Below, piece after piece: positions 25,301 through 38,352 of a stretch of DNA of 64,000 nt. The stretch spans positions 62,001 through 126,000 of the forward strand of contig NMRA01000061.1 in assembly GCA_002633005.1 (NCBI GenBank). The letters are read 5' to 3'. The number at the start of each line of letters is the position of its first letter. Position 1 is the first letter of the stretch. Made by a program: the position numbers and the translations under genes. Source of the stretch: Phoronis australis (Eukaryota > Animalia > Phoronida). A model generated the notes under the pieces. The model had not been told where the DNA came from, searched no databases, and saw only the letters and a list, made by a program, of their open reading frames with translations.

Positions 25301-26480
25301 ACAAATTACTTGCCCGTGTTTTCCGTCCCCCATCTTTATATTTGAGAGAAACGTTGATGAAATAGCAGATTTTGTGTGAGGACAGACTGCCAAGATAGTG
25401 GCCAGAGGGTCGACGAAAGAGTCCGGGGTTTCAGTTACTTATCTGCTATAGACACATTCAGGCTATTTCAAAGCTGCTGTTTAAAGAAACAAAACTTCGA
25501 TTTACTTTCGTGCAGCTATAAAACTGCTGTCTTACTAACATGGGAGGTGGTTTCTGGGCTTATTAGTTGAAAACGACTGACTGAGACGAGCTAAAAGTTG
25601 GGCATCTGATCTCAAACCTATAAATGGTTTAAGGACTAACCTCATGACGATAAACGGTATCAATAAAAATTTGTATTTTGTCGAAATGCGGCTCTCTTGA
25701 AGCTTTTAATTAGTCAAGAAAAAGACCAGTAAAACCACCGTCGATACTTTTGTAGCCATAAGGCTTTAGATCACAACCACCATCATCGTGTGTAAGTTAC
25801 CACTACAGAAGTTGCTACTAAAAATTCCGCAAAATGCTTAATTCGATCCTCGCTGGTCCCCTACGTGCCTAGTAGCCAGCACGCTGGCGCGGCTACCGCC
25901 CCACCCAGCAGCACGCAGGCAACCAGCGAGAATTTGATCAGGACTCCTCGCGTGGACAAGTTTCACCGTTTTGATCAGCATAAACTAATTTAATTCCTAT
26001 CAGTTGAGTTTACGTTCACGAACCGATCTTCGGCCAGGCTAGGTGACAATGCCAGAGAGGAAAAAAAAAGAAAAAAACAACATATTTCACACCATCACAG
26101 CATTCAAACAAAAAACATTTTTCACAAAAATAAGATTCAAGACCCACGATTTGGACTACCGCGACGTATTCGGAGTCTTTTTGCATATTTGAGGAATGGT
26201 AACCGCTCACGGAAGGCGTTATAGCCGTATTGTAGCCGGGGCAATGCGGATATTTTAAAATACTTTTGACTGGCAAGTTCTTTGCCCGTTACTGACGGTT
26301 TGCCCGACAATTATCTATTTCAGATACGAAGGCGGTGTAGTGTATAGTCGCACATCAACACTAACCACAAGTCAAAAAGCATCTCTCGCTCAAGACTTGG
26401 GAAAACACGGACGGGATCTCAAAAAGCTATGTCAACCAATTCCAGCTCAACAGAATCTTCCAAAGACCATCTTCAACTAG
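22345..26480 (+). CDS. Violaxanthin de-epoxidase-like (VDE/VDL family) lipocalin with signal peptide, 275 aa
   Basis: Exons 22345-22597, 23638-23897, 25111-25268 and 26324-26480 (828 nt, intron phases 1/0/2, GT-AG, TAG stop). Contains a 10-Cys N-terminal domain, LVKNFNITQLLGKWYVIYGMNPVFDCF, RDDEFRI, YYCG, YEGGVVYSRTSTL and GRDL, colinear with recalled plant VDE motifs ([51 protein letters not shown], GRDF). Confidence 0.9.
25849..25930. repeat. GC-rich hairpin in intron 3 of the VDE-like gene (probable small MITE)
   Basis: ctcgctggtcccctacgtgc ... gcacgcaggcaaccagcgag pair with few mismatches. The inner gtagcc/ggctac also pair. Confidence 0.55.
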
Positions 26481-27650
26481 CGCTCTGAATTCGTCAGACG
26501 TATTTATTCCATCTAACGGTTAATGCAACCATTTGTTAGTTATTGTTTCAATTATTTCTCGCATAAGGTACTATCGAAGATAGGGATTTAAACTATTTCA
26601 TCAGACAAAAACGAACATTGTATTTTAGAAAAATATAAGGGTGTCATCTTGAATGTTTGTATCAAAACAAATTTGGCTTCACAGTCCTTGCTGATATAAC
26701 CCTGAGGCTGATTTCGATTTAGTCCGAGTCAGCATGGGCGTACACTTCCAACGACAGGAGTATAGGCGTTCATTTTCAAATCTGCCAACTGAAGATTCTG
26801 TATCCAAAAGCATACCAGCTGCATTTCAATTCAGCAAACTTAAAAAAAAAATCCAAATATCGATATTTTCAAGCCCAAGACAACTAAAAGAATAGAAGGC
26901 AAAGCCCAGAATCTCAGTGGATAGTTTTGTACCTACAAGCATCAATAATTTCGTGTAATGACTAGCCTACCAAGGGACTAATGGGTGGGGGAAGAGGTGT
27001 GTTGGAGCAAAACAAACAGGTTCGGGGGGCTTTACTCTTTATTTACATAATATGTTGCGGTAGTAGGCGTGATAGTAGTAGTAGTTGTAGTATTCGTAGT
27101 AGTAGTAGGTAAACTGAAAGAACCAAAAAAAACATGTTCAAGCTTACATGTTGCATAGGGCTCTACCATGTATATACAGTAACATTTAGGAGGACAACGC
27201 CCAAGTAAAATGATAACTGACAAAGGGTATACATTAATGACAAGCGTTCAAAACATTAAGTACACCTGAGAGAACATGAAAAACTAACATACTAATGAAT
27301 GCAAATAAACTGTATTGTAAGAAACATGAGTACTCACGCCAATATCGCCCCAAGTCCAACCAAAATTCCGAAGAAACTAACTATGTACATTGACGTTCAT
27401 CCACCATAAAACGTTTGTGGAATGGCGTTCAAATAGAGCGGTACCAGAATAAATAGTCAGAGAGAGAGCGACATCTGGCGCAAGAACTACACTGTAGAAA
27501 GTCCTCTACATGGCGGGAAAAAAGTGTATTCGTACGCCCAATCGGAATAACATAACGTAACGTAACATTGCAGTCTGCAGTAACAAGGTGTAACCCAGCA
27601 TTGACAACATACTATTGCCAAACGGCGGGGTACAGTCTGATATACGATGC

Positions 27651-27713
27651 CCGTATTTTGAGAACCAGATTTCTCCACTGAATAACAGGCATCAACTGGT
27701 TCTCAAAATACGG
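27651..27713. repeat. Perfect 18-bp inverted repeat with 27-nt spacer
   Basis: ccgtattttgagaaccag (27651-27668) / ctggttctcaaaatacgg (27696-27713). Confidence 0.9.
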
Positions 27714-28872
27714 CCACCTTATGTCGCGCTATTGCCCACATACATGGCAAATGGATGCCATACCAACCGATAAGAATAATACTAGAGTCAATACAAAAAC
27801 TGCATCATCATAACCTCCCTGATCACCCCCATGCAAATCCAAATTATCCATCAGAGACTATTCCGCAAAGTCAAATTACCCACCAGCAAGGTTACCACAA
27901 CCTGCAAAGCCAAATTGGCTACCCAAGAGAATACTACAAAGCCGAATCACCCACCCAAACGAGACCATATCTTAAAGGGCAAAATACTGAACTGCATCTG
28001 TGGCTCATCTTCATCAACCCCTCCAACGAGAGAACCCCCAGACCTTCACAGAAAGTGACTAAATGACTACAGGAATACTTCAGTCTGCATAAAATGTACA
28101 CAAGTTGTTATTGAAACAGATACAAATCCATACAGTTATTAATGTTTGACTAAATGCACTGATTGTTCAACAAAAGAAATATAACTAAAGGTACATCTCT
28201 CCAGCTAAAAACTTGTCACATCTCTGTCTAATAATTCTACACACTGCTTTTGAACACATGCAAACACAACTGCAGTATGCACATAGCACTGATCCTTTCT
28301 TAAAGATTCTCACACCACTGCTTTTAGCAATTCAGATTCAGAACAAGGCACAAACTTGTCAACCAAAGACACCACTAAATTGAAAACATTTAGTAAATTA
28401 CAGCTAATTTTGGCGTCATAAAAATTGAAATACATGTCAACATCACCAGCCACAGTTGGGTACACCAACATAAATGCACATTCATAAACTCAAAATGAAT
28501 TCCGTTAATTTTGAAAAAAGTGACGATACAATGAACAAGAATCATGTTATATAATTTGTTAAACTAAATTAAGCAAACGTAAAAACTTCTCCTAATACTC
28601 CTAAATACCTGATTTTGTTGTTGAGTACCTCACGATTCAAGTAGAAGAACGCGTAATTCAAGCCGTAACGTGTAACGTGCAGCTTTAAATCTTCGTACTA
28701 TCATACTATAGACCTGACTACAGAACCGTGGGGTTACTATCCAACTTTTAAAAAAAATAATTGCAGGTGGTCTGGTACACAATGTACTAAACAGGCACAG
28801 GCCGCGCATGTGGGCCCATTGCACTGATCACCTGGTACCATTTTTATGATTAATTAATACGTAGTTTAAAAC

Positions 28873-28985
28873 GAGCTGAGGAGCAAGAGACCGCAATCAA
28901 GGGTCTAGCACTGTGGCCCAGTGGGACTTGCACCCGCGACATTGAGTAAAAGCAGCAGGCACTTATCTCAATAGGCCACACTGCC
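28873..28985 (-). mobile_element. tRNA-derived SINE (family copy 2)
   Basis: The reverse complement ggcagtgtggcctattgagataagtgcctgctgcttttactcaatgtcgcgggtgcaagtcccactgggccacagtgctagacccttgattgcggtctcttgctcctcagctc aligns end-to-end with 9221-9330. Confidence 0.75.
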
Positions 28986-29986
28986 TCCTAAAATCTAACT
29001 TTAGTCTGACTTTCTCTTGAGCTGACTTGCTGGGTCTCCACAGCATTTTCTGTAAGTGTCCATTCGACGATGATATACACAGAGGGGATCCTGGACATAT
29101 CGTTGCATATCAAAAAACTGGTCCGGTAACACAAACATTCCATCGTTCACATCAAACTAGAGTTGGTATTTACAGACGCACGATTTTGAGAAGCATTGTC
29201 AAGACAGCCTCTGTTTCAGTTCTGTATATGATGAGCGATTCAAGTGTGATTGTTTCCCATTTGTCCCTCTCTATAGGAAACGCATTTCTGTCCAACAAAT
29301 AAGACATGCGGAACTTTGCGCAGCTAATCACGGTCACATATAGAGCAAAAACATGCTCGGCTACAACAACAAACTTACTACTCCGGTAAAAAACTTTCAG
29401 TGTAGGACAAACCATAGCGGAAGTGTTTAACGTCTCAACAAAATATCTATTAAAAAATTGTAATCAATATTTTTACTGCACAGAAGTCACCTAATAACAT
29501 TGGGTATGGTAAAATCTCACCATTTTAGGAAAAAATATGGCGAACAAAGTAATATTTTTTTATTATTCTTTTCAAAAAAAGATAAGTAGCACCTCAATAC
29601 GGATTTAGCAGTTTCAAGTTCTGTACCATAGCTGTCATGAGACATTTTGAAAAATTGTGCCTAAAGGGAGAGTTTTTACCAAGTAGGTACTATTACTAGA
29701 TATTTTTAATCTCCAGCGACACAGTCATGCTTAAAATTGGGCCCTGTATTCCGAAGATAGATAATCCAGAACATAACGGACGATTTTTGGTTACTTGGTT
29801 CTTGATTGCTTAGCGCATGGAAGTCATTTGAAACAATACCAAGTCTCATTTAAAATCGGACCCAGTACTCCGAATGCTGAGTACGACTGATAGATAATCC
29901 TTAAAAGGTGATGATTTTTGGTTACTTTTTCCTGGATAATTTAGCGCACGAAAGTCACTTGAAACAACACCACGAGGACAAGACAT

Positions 29987-32900
29987 TCATTTTTCCGTGT
30001 AAACCAACTCTTCTGCATTTGGAGGGTTTTTAATCACCTCCACATAAGGAGGGGGTGGCTCCTGCTCAGTCAGAGGTATGCTGTTTGCATTGAGTGCCTG
30101 GCCCTGACTTGGTGGTGGCCCTTCGTTCCCTACAGCACTGTCATAAGTAGGAGGTGGCAGAAAGTCAGCCTGTTGGAACCTGCAACAAATGGAACATTAC
30201 AGCAATTTACAGTATGCTGTTGCCAGCCTGGCAGAGCCTACAGAAGGCAGGAACAGCAGTTTGCAGTATGCTGCTGCTACATAGAATTGCTGCAATGGGA
30301 CCATCCTCACACAATGACAGAGATCGTTTATTGTAACTTTCACTTGCAACATGCACTGCAGCAACTTGCATGCAGTTTACCTAATAATCAACAGGAGAGG
30401 AGAGTTTCTGAGAAACCCATTGTTAGTGGAATTTGTTGACATTGCATAACTATGGTTTTTGCCAAAGCAGTGATTTCTTTATTCAGCAAGAAATATTCAT
30501 TTCTTTCAATAATTGAATTCCACACAAAGTCAAAGTATTTTGAGGCTTTTTATTACAACAAAACTTAGTCATTGAATAGAACGTAACCAACATTGGACAC
30601 AAGATTTGTTTCTTGTGAAATTTATACTGCAGCATTCTCGCGCATCAATATGTCATTCGGTCCGAACTTACAATGCCTCGTGGAAGTTTTTTGACAGGAA
30701 GCTTTACAATTATTAGAGTTGTGAAAGTTTGAACAGCGTGAACAAATGGAGGGAGTCTGCGTTTAGATTTATGTTGTTTGCATCTTCAACAAGTCTGATG
30801 ACGTTCATATGGCAGGTCAGTCCTAGAATTTTGGCGGATATTTTTTCAACCTGTATTTTCTCCTATTTCAAATTGCATACTTAGCTACTCAAATACATGT
30901 GTTGGTAAGAGAGCACCAATTTAACTTTTGTGCCAATAACTAGCCTTACGGTTACAGGAAATCATTTGAACTTTGAGTCTGCACTTGAATTTCAAAGATC
31001 ATGGTTGACAGGGTGACTCTCTGGCTCAACAATTAAGTGCCCACACCTTGCTTTTCAGGCTACCCAGTGTTTCATTGCCATTAATTAGAATGTTTCGATG
31101 ACAATCATTAAGAGGATGTGTGATTTCGCAAAACAGATCATGGTGGACTCTGGACACGATTGCCAGGTGTACAGCGGGACATGCAGTTGTCAGCAACTGC
31201 GACGATCTAAACAAAAAGAAGAGAACATTGCCAAATGTCCACTCGGCACTCATACAAGCGATACAAGTGAGGTCAATTTTCCACTCCTATTTTCAAGCTC
31301 AGCAAAGACGAAGCAAATAAGAACACGGTCATAATGTAATTAAGCACAAACTTCAAAGTGCCAAAACAGAAATACTATCGTGTGAAAAAATTCATACAAT
31401 TTCAAGACAGTTATAAAAATGTCACCCTTTTCTAACAATAACCCAAGTTTAACAGCCTCTCCTAAATTATTATCAACCTTGTACCATTACTACAACCATA
31501 TAAAAGAGAAAATAAAAAATAAACACAAAACAAATCGTAACTGACACTTTACCTAAAACCATGCGACTCGTTCAGGTGACAGGCGTTTATTGCTTCTGAA
31601 CCAGCGATGATGGTGACGACATCACCTCTAGTTTCTGCTCCTTCAGATATCTGCAAGAAACATACCGAACTGTCTACCGGCACAAATCTTGTTGGCGATG
31701 GCCAAAGGATTACGGTAAATAGTCTCAAGTTAGGGACACTGAAAAATTAATTATTTTGCTTAAAGTTGGAGCTTTTAGAAATGGGCAATATTGGCAGTCC
31801 CAAATTCAGGAATTACGATTTGCAATAAATGGTTGATCACTTCCATGTTACACATTATGGATGCCTAAAGACATTGTGTTAGTGTTTCTATGAATTTATG
31901 ACCCACAAAGTTAAGTTTCAAACTCTGTCGATCCTAAATGCAGTGTCCGATACATGAGAAATATGACAAGCACCGAAATCATCCACAATCCAATCTTCAG
32001 AATCAAGTAACTTCAAATTTGAGACTGTTCCAAATTGGAGAAATTTTATCATAAACGCCACCAATGATTAGTAAAACAGAAAGATAACAGTATGGTAAAC
32101 CCTCACCACAGCCGAACACAGTGGACAAGTGGATCATTTTTTCACAAAAGATAAGGAGAGCAACATGTGCACAAGTCCGATCCAATCGCACCAAGAGATT
32201 TTATCTAAGTAGAGAGCAATCCAATCCCAGGTGAGAAGTCACCACAAAATTGGGCAAGTATGCTTCAACAAAATTTCACGTGAAGGGGTCATTTTTTAGG
32301 CATAGGTAGGTTACATGATTAAGATATGATTTTGACCATAAGGGGGTATTTTTAATGAAGTTTACTTTTTAAGGTTCAGTTTTGGAAAGTTCATTTCATT
32401 GGGGTCATGTTTTCAAGGCTCATTGATACCATGTACTCTGTGTCAAGTTTCATTGAAATCCGTCAGTCAGATCTCTTGACTAGATGTTACCCAGAAACGC
32501 TCTTCCCAAATCAACACTTGAAAAGTCCCTTGCCAAGAACAAAATGACCACTAGGAGGTGCTACAGTGATCGAAACCACAGGAAAATTCAATGGTGCTAG
32601 TGCATGATAACACATACTCCTGTGTTAAGATACGTTGAAAACCATCAATCCATTCTCTAAATATCACCTGGAAATGCTCTTGCCCAAAAATACTGAAAAA
32701 GACACACCTCCTGACCCCAGGAGCTGGGGCAGATTAAACAGCAGGACAAACTATTCTAGTGATGCCCTACACCATTGAGCCAAATTTCATCAAAATCTGA
32801 CCAAGAGTTTACGAGATGATATCAAGCAGACACCCTGACAATGTGACCACTATATGCAACTACATTGTGGACACATAAAAATGAAAATGGTCAATTGTGG

Positions 32901-35900
32901 CAATTATTTCAGTTCGAAATTAAACAGAGTTTACTGTACTCTAATTCCACAGGCCTGCAGTAAGTAGACTTCTAAATACTAAACCGTAGGAAATAGCAAA
33001 ACTTTTCTTCAGAGACACCTACTGCATTTACATCCGTTGTGGTTTCCTGTGATTCACCGAGTTCGGCCAACTCGGACAATCGCCTGGCTAATGTCAGGTA
33101 CCTGGCGGCCACAATAACCAAGAGCATGGCCAGGGCAATACACATGGGGCCCAGCGCTCGCGCCACGTGAGTGAGAACGGCATAATAACCTGTAACAGCA
33201 AATGCGAATATAAATAGGACTTCAATGCCATGGTTTCTACATAACCCAATTAGGAGCTAGTCTAGTTTTGTCTCACTCATGTTAAAACTGAGATGTGAAA
33301 ACAGATGAAGTCTATCGGATGATTTAAAAAAAAAGAATGCAAAAAATTTTCAAAGATGATGTTTTGATTAAATCTAACAATGAATCTCTGGAGGCCAAAT
33401 ATAATTAGGTCAGGTCAAAATAATGGACTTCAAAGTACAATAAATCATTGATTTGCAGAGATTTTTGGAATTCTCCGAATATCATGAAACAGTGTTAGGT
33501 AATTCTAATACTATTTGAACTAGGTGAAAAACAACAAGTAGAAAATTGAATCAAAATTATTTTTGGCAAAATATAATAGATACAACATCTATATCAATTT
33601 ATTCAAATATCAAAGCTTAAAAAGTTACTATGTAAAATTGTAAAAATGTTATCATTGTTAAATTTAGAACCAAACAGTCTTGCTTCACATCAAATCTTTT
33701 ATAGAACATCCCAAGCCCTAGTACTGATGGTTAATAGCAATTTGCACGAATGGCGTTTGAATGGAACATTAAATTTGTGAGGAATATTTTGTGTGATTTT
33801 GTATTCTCAATTTCCTGTTTTGACTTCTTAATAAAAAAGTTTGAATGTACAAACATAGCTCTGCAGAAGCAATAGTGGTCAATAATGAACACTATCTCAC
33901 TAAATGCTCAGACAACGGAGATCTTTTAAGAAGACACTTTGCGCGGTGTTGAACTCTTCTTAAAATCAATGGGAAAGGTGATTAATTTCAAAGGACAGTT
34001 AATCCCAAAAGAAGTGCAGCAGAGCTCATGAAGTCATCCCAGTTAAAAATACCATTTTCTAAGATTAGTTGCTAAGCAACAAGAACCTACACTGACAACT
34101 TAAATTAAATATTTCTAATTCTAGCATAGCCAACACTTATCCAAACATTTAGTTTTAGGGCCATTTATAAATAGGTTAAATGTAGCCAAGTTAACTATCA
34201 CCATATATCAGTATAGTTCGGTAGTAGCCTTTTGTTTACACAAACTTCGTTAAAAACACAACTAGACTTTTTGTTTGCAAGCTCGATATTGCTACGGCAA
34301 TATTATCTACTAATTGCTTCAAACAAATTTAACTGTAACTGAACAATTCATACTTGTATTTATTTAGCAATTCCAATTAATCGAGGTTAATAACATAAAC
34401 TTAACTTTTAACTCCATTTAAGGGAGCATATCATGTCTGTTTAATGCTTTGGTGCTCAGGACATTAATGTTAAGTTCTGGTACAGTGTGAAGAAGAATGA
34501 ACTCCATGGAGCTCTCACAGCAACTGATACAGTAAAAATTATCCAGTTTGGGACATTTAAAAATATTGTACTTCTCAAGATTGCGGCTTAAACCAAAAAA
34601 TATTGTACTCCTCAAGATTGGAGCTTAAACCAACTTTTAGAAATTCACATTAATTAGCAAGATTTTTCGTAAATATGGCAAATTTATCCATAGCCAAAGT
34701 TTTGGGGATGAAGTGGTATTATTGAACATTCCATATTCATCTTTCCTTTTCAGTACTGAGTCAAAGAAAGAAATCACACCCATCTAGTCAATGTTATGGT
34801 GCAGCAGTGAAACTTTACTTGGCAAAATCAAAGAGGGCGCTGTTGTAGGCCTATATCAGAATGCATCCAGTAAAAAGGGTGTGATTTACAAGTCTTAGCT
34901 CACAATAAAGGCATGCCTGTTGAAGTTAACAGTAGGTGCTGACAGCTGTTTCTACATACCAATCACACTCATACGCAAAGTCTCTCAAACAATTTGACTG
35001 TTTGAACAGGTGTTTTTTTAACAATGATTAGCAAAAGAATATGAATATCAAATCTTTAATCTAGGTGAACACAACATTCCTGATAAGGCTCACAGGTTGG
35101 GGACCACGATTTGAAAAAGTAAGCATTCTTAACAAAAACATCTATCAGCAAAAGCACGATTAAAGGATAAAAATGGTGTCAAGTTCAACAAGCAATACTT
35201 ATGATACCAAAAACTACAGCACGGCTCTAATTGGCGTCCATAGATTTTGTTTGTTGACCTGGTTAAAAATCCCAGGTTGCCACGAGCTCACCATGCCATA
35301 TCCGAGCACGCACTCAGAAATACTACAGGAAGTAAACAGAATAAGCTGGAATTATCCAGCAAAAACTGTGAGGGACTGATCATGTCTGTCTGCTTCAGGA
35401 GGTTAGCCTCACCACCAAAATCACTCCGACAGCGGGTATTGCTAATACACTCTTAGCCATTAGAAAGTTTGACGATTTCGTGGCACCTCGTATTTCGTTA
35501 ACATATTTGTATAAGAACTGTGAGCGCCATCAACACTCGATACCATGAACACTGACCAAAGTGGTTTTATCATGGAGCACAGAATTTACCTTACTTGCAA
35601 TGATTTCACAGCAGTAAAACTTTAGACTGAAACTGGTGATTTTGAGAACAGTTGGGTTTCTGAAATTGGACTCCTTACGAAAAAATAGGTAAGGATCATT
35701 TTTATCCAAAGTAATACGACACAAATTATCGAAAAGGATGTAATTGCTTTCTGTTCGTTGAAAGCTGTTTTCAGTCGGAGCTTGTTAACCTATACATGTA
35801 TTCATACAGTAAAAACATGTTTCCTTGCATCAAACATGTTTCAAGTGAATAAAGATGACAATTTCTCACCAAGAGGAAACTGAATTACATATATTCAACA

Positions 35901-38352
35901 CTCCATTTGCCTATGAAAATTAACCCAAATCAACGAATCAAAGACTTTTTGCAGTTGACTACCAAAATAAAAAGTGCTTCATCCCCCATTATGTAAGGCA
36001 ATGTGGAAAATTAGTCAACATAATCACGGGTGAGAAACAACATGACCGCCGGTCCTCTAAATTGGACTGACTCATCCAAAACAGGACGTCTGGGGATCAA
36101 ATGGGACTGCTGCACCAGAAAATGAGACTGACACACCTAAAACATGACCGCCCCACCACAAAACAGGACCGCCGGCGACTGAACATGACCGCCGGACAAA
36201 ATGTAGTTATCAAGGCCTTTGTATGATACTGCGGGTTATGACGTAACCGGTCAGCTAGCTGTGGGACTCGCCAAAATAAAACTTGGTAGCACTGCGTTAT
36301 TGAGCTCTGTTACATCCCCGAAATTTCCCACAGCCCGGGTATAGTTCTGCTCGTCACCTGGTCACGTGAAACTTATATCAACAAGTAGAGCTAGCGAGCA
36401 GAGCAGGCGCATGCAAAATCTAGGAGTCAATCAACACTCACCTTGCAGGTTGCAGCCGCTTGAGTGAAAAACAATCTAATGAACGTCATTTGTTTGCCTA
36501 TTGTAACAAAAGTTTGTCGCGCTTGTGACATGAGCACGTGCCATTTCCTAAAATTTTGCGACATCTTTCGGAAGTTGATGACTCAACTTCACAGCAGCAT
36601 CAATTTTTTCTGAAATTCGGTTTGCTGGTATTAAAATACTAAAAACTTATGACGAAATGAAACCAGTTCTGATAATTTGTTGTGCCATGTACGCAACCTC
36701 GTACAAGAGAAGAAGAGCTGACTGAAAAATATGTGAAAAAAGGAACTGGTCAATGTTAGCCGACCTAAAAGAATGCATCTCAAGCAGAATAACGACAGAT
36801 CGACAAATTTTCCCGGCGAGCGCCGATAAATAATTTAGTTTACTCTAGGAAGAGTGTCGTTAATAACACTAATTCAGTGAAGATTTTATATGTGCAGTGT
36901 TTTACCCACATCGCGCCAAGCTGTATATTTAGTATACTGCTTTGCCGCACAAAGGCTAGTTATGATGCTTCACCCGAGAACCAGAACGCCCGTTTTAAGT
37001 TTTTTTCTTGACTGAAATGTCACATTGGAGAAAACGATTTTCATTTTGTCCTAAAACTTACGCAGTGGATAAAGTTAAAATTATTTAGCTCAAAAGCGTG
37101 CAACGTGGTTGGTTTGTGGTTAAAACTCAAAAGCGCCGCGTGTTACAAAGTGAAGTGTCCTGTAGAGCACAAAAGATTTCGTTGGAGTAATCGGCACAAG
37201 ACCTGCATATGCATACGTATATAGCTCCATTGTATGATCTGTGTAGGACTACCGGTAATAAATCTTAGCTTGTTTGCCGTTGCGGATTCAATCCCCGGCG
37301 GTCATGTTCAGTCACCGGCGGTCCTGTTTTCTGGTAGGGCGGTCATGTTTTTAGGTGCGTCAGTCCCACTTTCTGGTGCGACGGTCGCATTTGATCCCCG
37401 GAGGTCCTGTTTTGGGCGAGTCGGTCCGATTTAAGAGGACCGGCGGTCACGTTGTTTATCATGCGTGATAATGTCACTAGTCATTGCCTACTTGTACAGA
37501 TGTCAAGTTCGTTAGAGAAGAGAGCCAGCACAATAGATAGATAGTCATTAACATGGTGATAACTAAGTCACGGCATCAAATTAAGCATTAAGTTCTGTGA
37601 AATCCCAAAAATGATATTCCAATGCAATCTCAAGTAAAAACCTTTCTAAAATGATTGGAATTTTGGCAGAATAAATTAAGCACACTAGAATACAATGACT
37701 TCTCAAAGATATTCACTAACTTCCCCTGTATTTACTTTTGTTATCACCACCTTTTGCAAAATTCTGCGACCTTTCGACTTTTTGAAGAAAATGTCACTTT
37801 AGAGCCCTTAAAACAAAAAGAAAAATCTAAACCCTTGACACCTATTAAAGAACGTAGTTCCACTGGGTTTAGAATGTCTTTGAAGCGTGACAGAAAATGT
37901 ATACTTCCAACAAGTCAATGAAACTCCAGCCAGTCAATAGTAGCAACTGGCAACCTGTCAACACAGCGATAGCCCACCTTCCTCTGTGAGAAAGTAGCAA
38001 AATCTCTGCCCAGTCACCACCGATACATACCCCGAAACCCCTACCCTTCACCTGCATGATTTTTAAAAATTATTGGGAGGGGAATAGGGTGATACTTGGC
38101 CCAAAATTGAAGGATCAAGTGCCCTGCATGTAGAACAGCACCACACTCACCCAGGCCAGTTAGAATGGCTCCAAAGACAAAAAGGATAGCCGATGACCCA
38201 ATGAACACAATTCCACGATGAAACAGTTGACGAGCAGATCCACTGTAGGCATCTGGTGCTAGCGACCGACAAATCCGAGTAGTCCGTCCTCTTGCCGCAG
38301 AGTTCATGCCACCTACATAGGAGGGCCGACTCGTGATTATCGCAAAGCTCAT
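29987..38352 (-). CDS. Small two-transmembrane protein with C-terminal PPxY motifs (TMEM171/TMEM174/PIRT-like architecture), 219 aa
   Basis: Exons 38352-38151, 33189-33023, 31650-31553 and 30179-29987 (660 nt, intron phases 1/0/2, TGA stop). TM1 IVFIGSSAILFVFGAILTGLGYY, TM2 ALGPMCIALAMLLVIVAA, tail LPPPTYDSAV...EPPPPYVEV. An acceptor at 38435 implies upstream non-coding exon(s). Confidence 0.8.
31965..32881 (+). mobile_element. Non-autonomous Helentron/DINE-like repeat (tentative; boundaries approximate)
   Basis: Recurrent internal motifs aagtttcattgaaatcc and aaatttcatcaaaatctg, and a 3' end ...ctatatgc...cataaaaa typical of these invertebrate repeats. Similar-looking fragments occur at ~20216-20580 and ~29710-29970. 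Confidence 0.4.
36012..37479. mobile_element. ~1.5-kb non-autonomous DNA transposon with ~185-bp TIRs built from ~20-bp subrepeats
   Basis: 36012-36195 (aacatgaccgccgg / aacaggac repeats) is the reverse complement of 37295-37479 (ccggcggtcatgtt / gtcctgtttt). No transposase ORF inside. Confidence 0.85.

Noticed and set aside
27755-28066. 103-aa Pro/Gln/His-rich ORF
   Set aside because: It arises from a C/A-skewed strand, with no splice partners or recognisable domain.
31026-31253. ORF resembling a CR1-type LINE C-terminus (…NILINGNETL)
   Set aside because: The similarity is too weak to support by eye.
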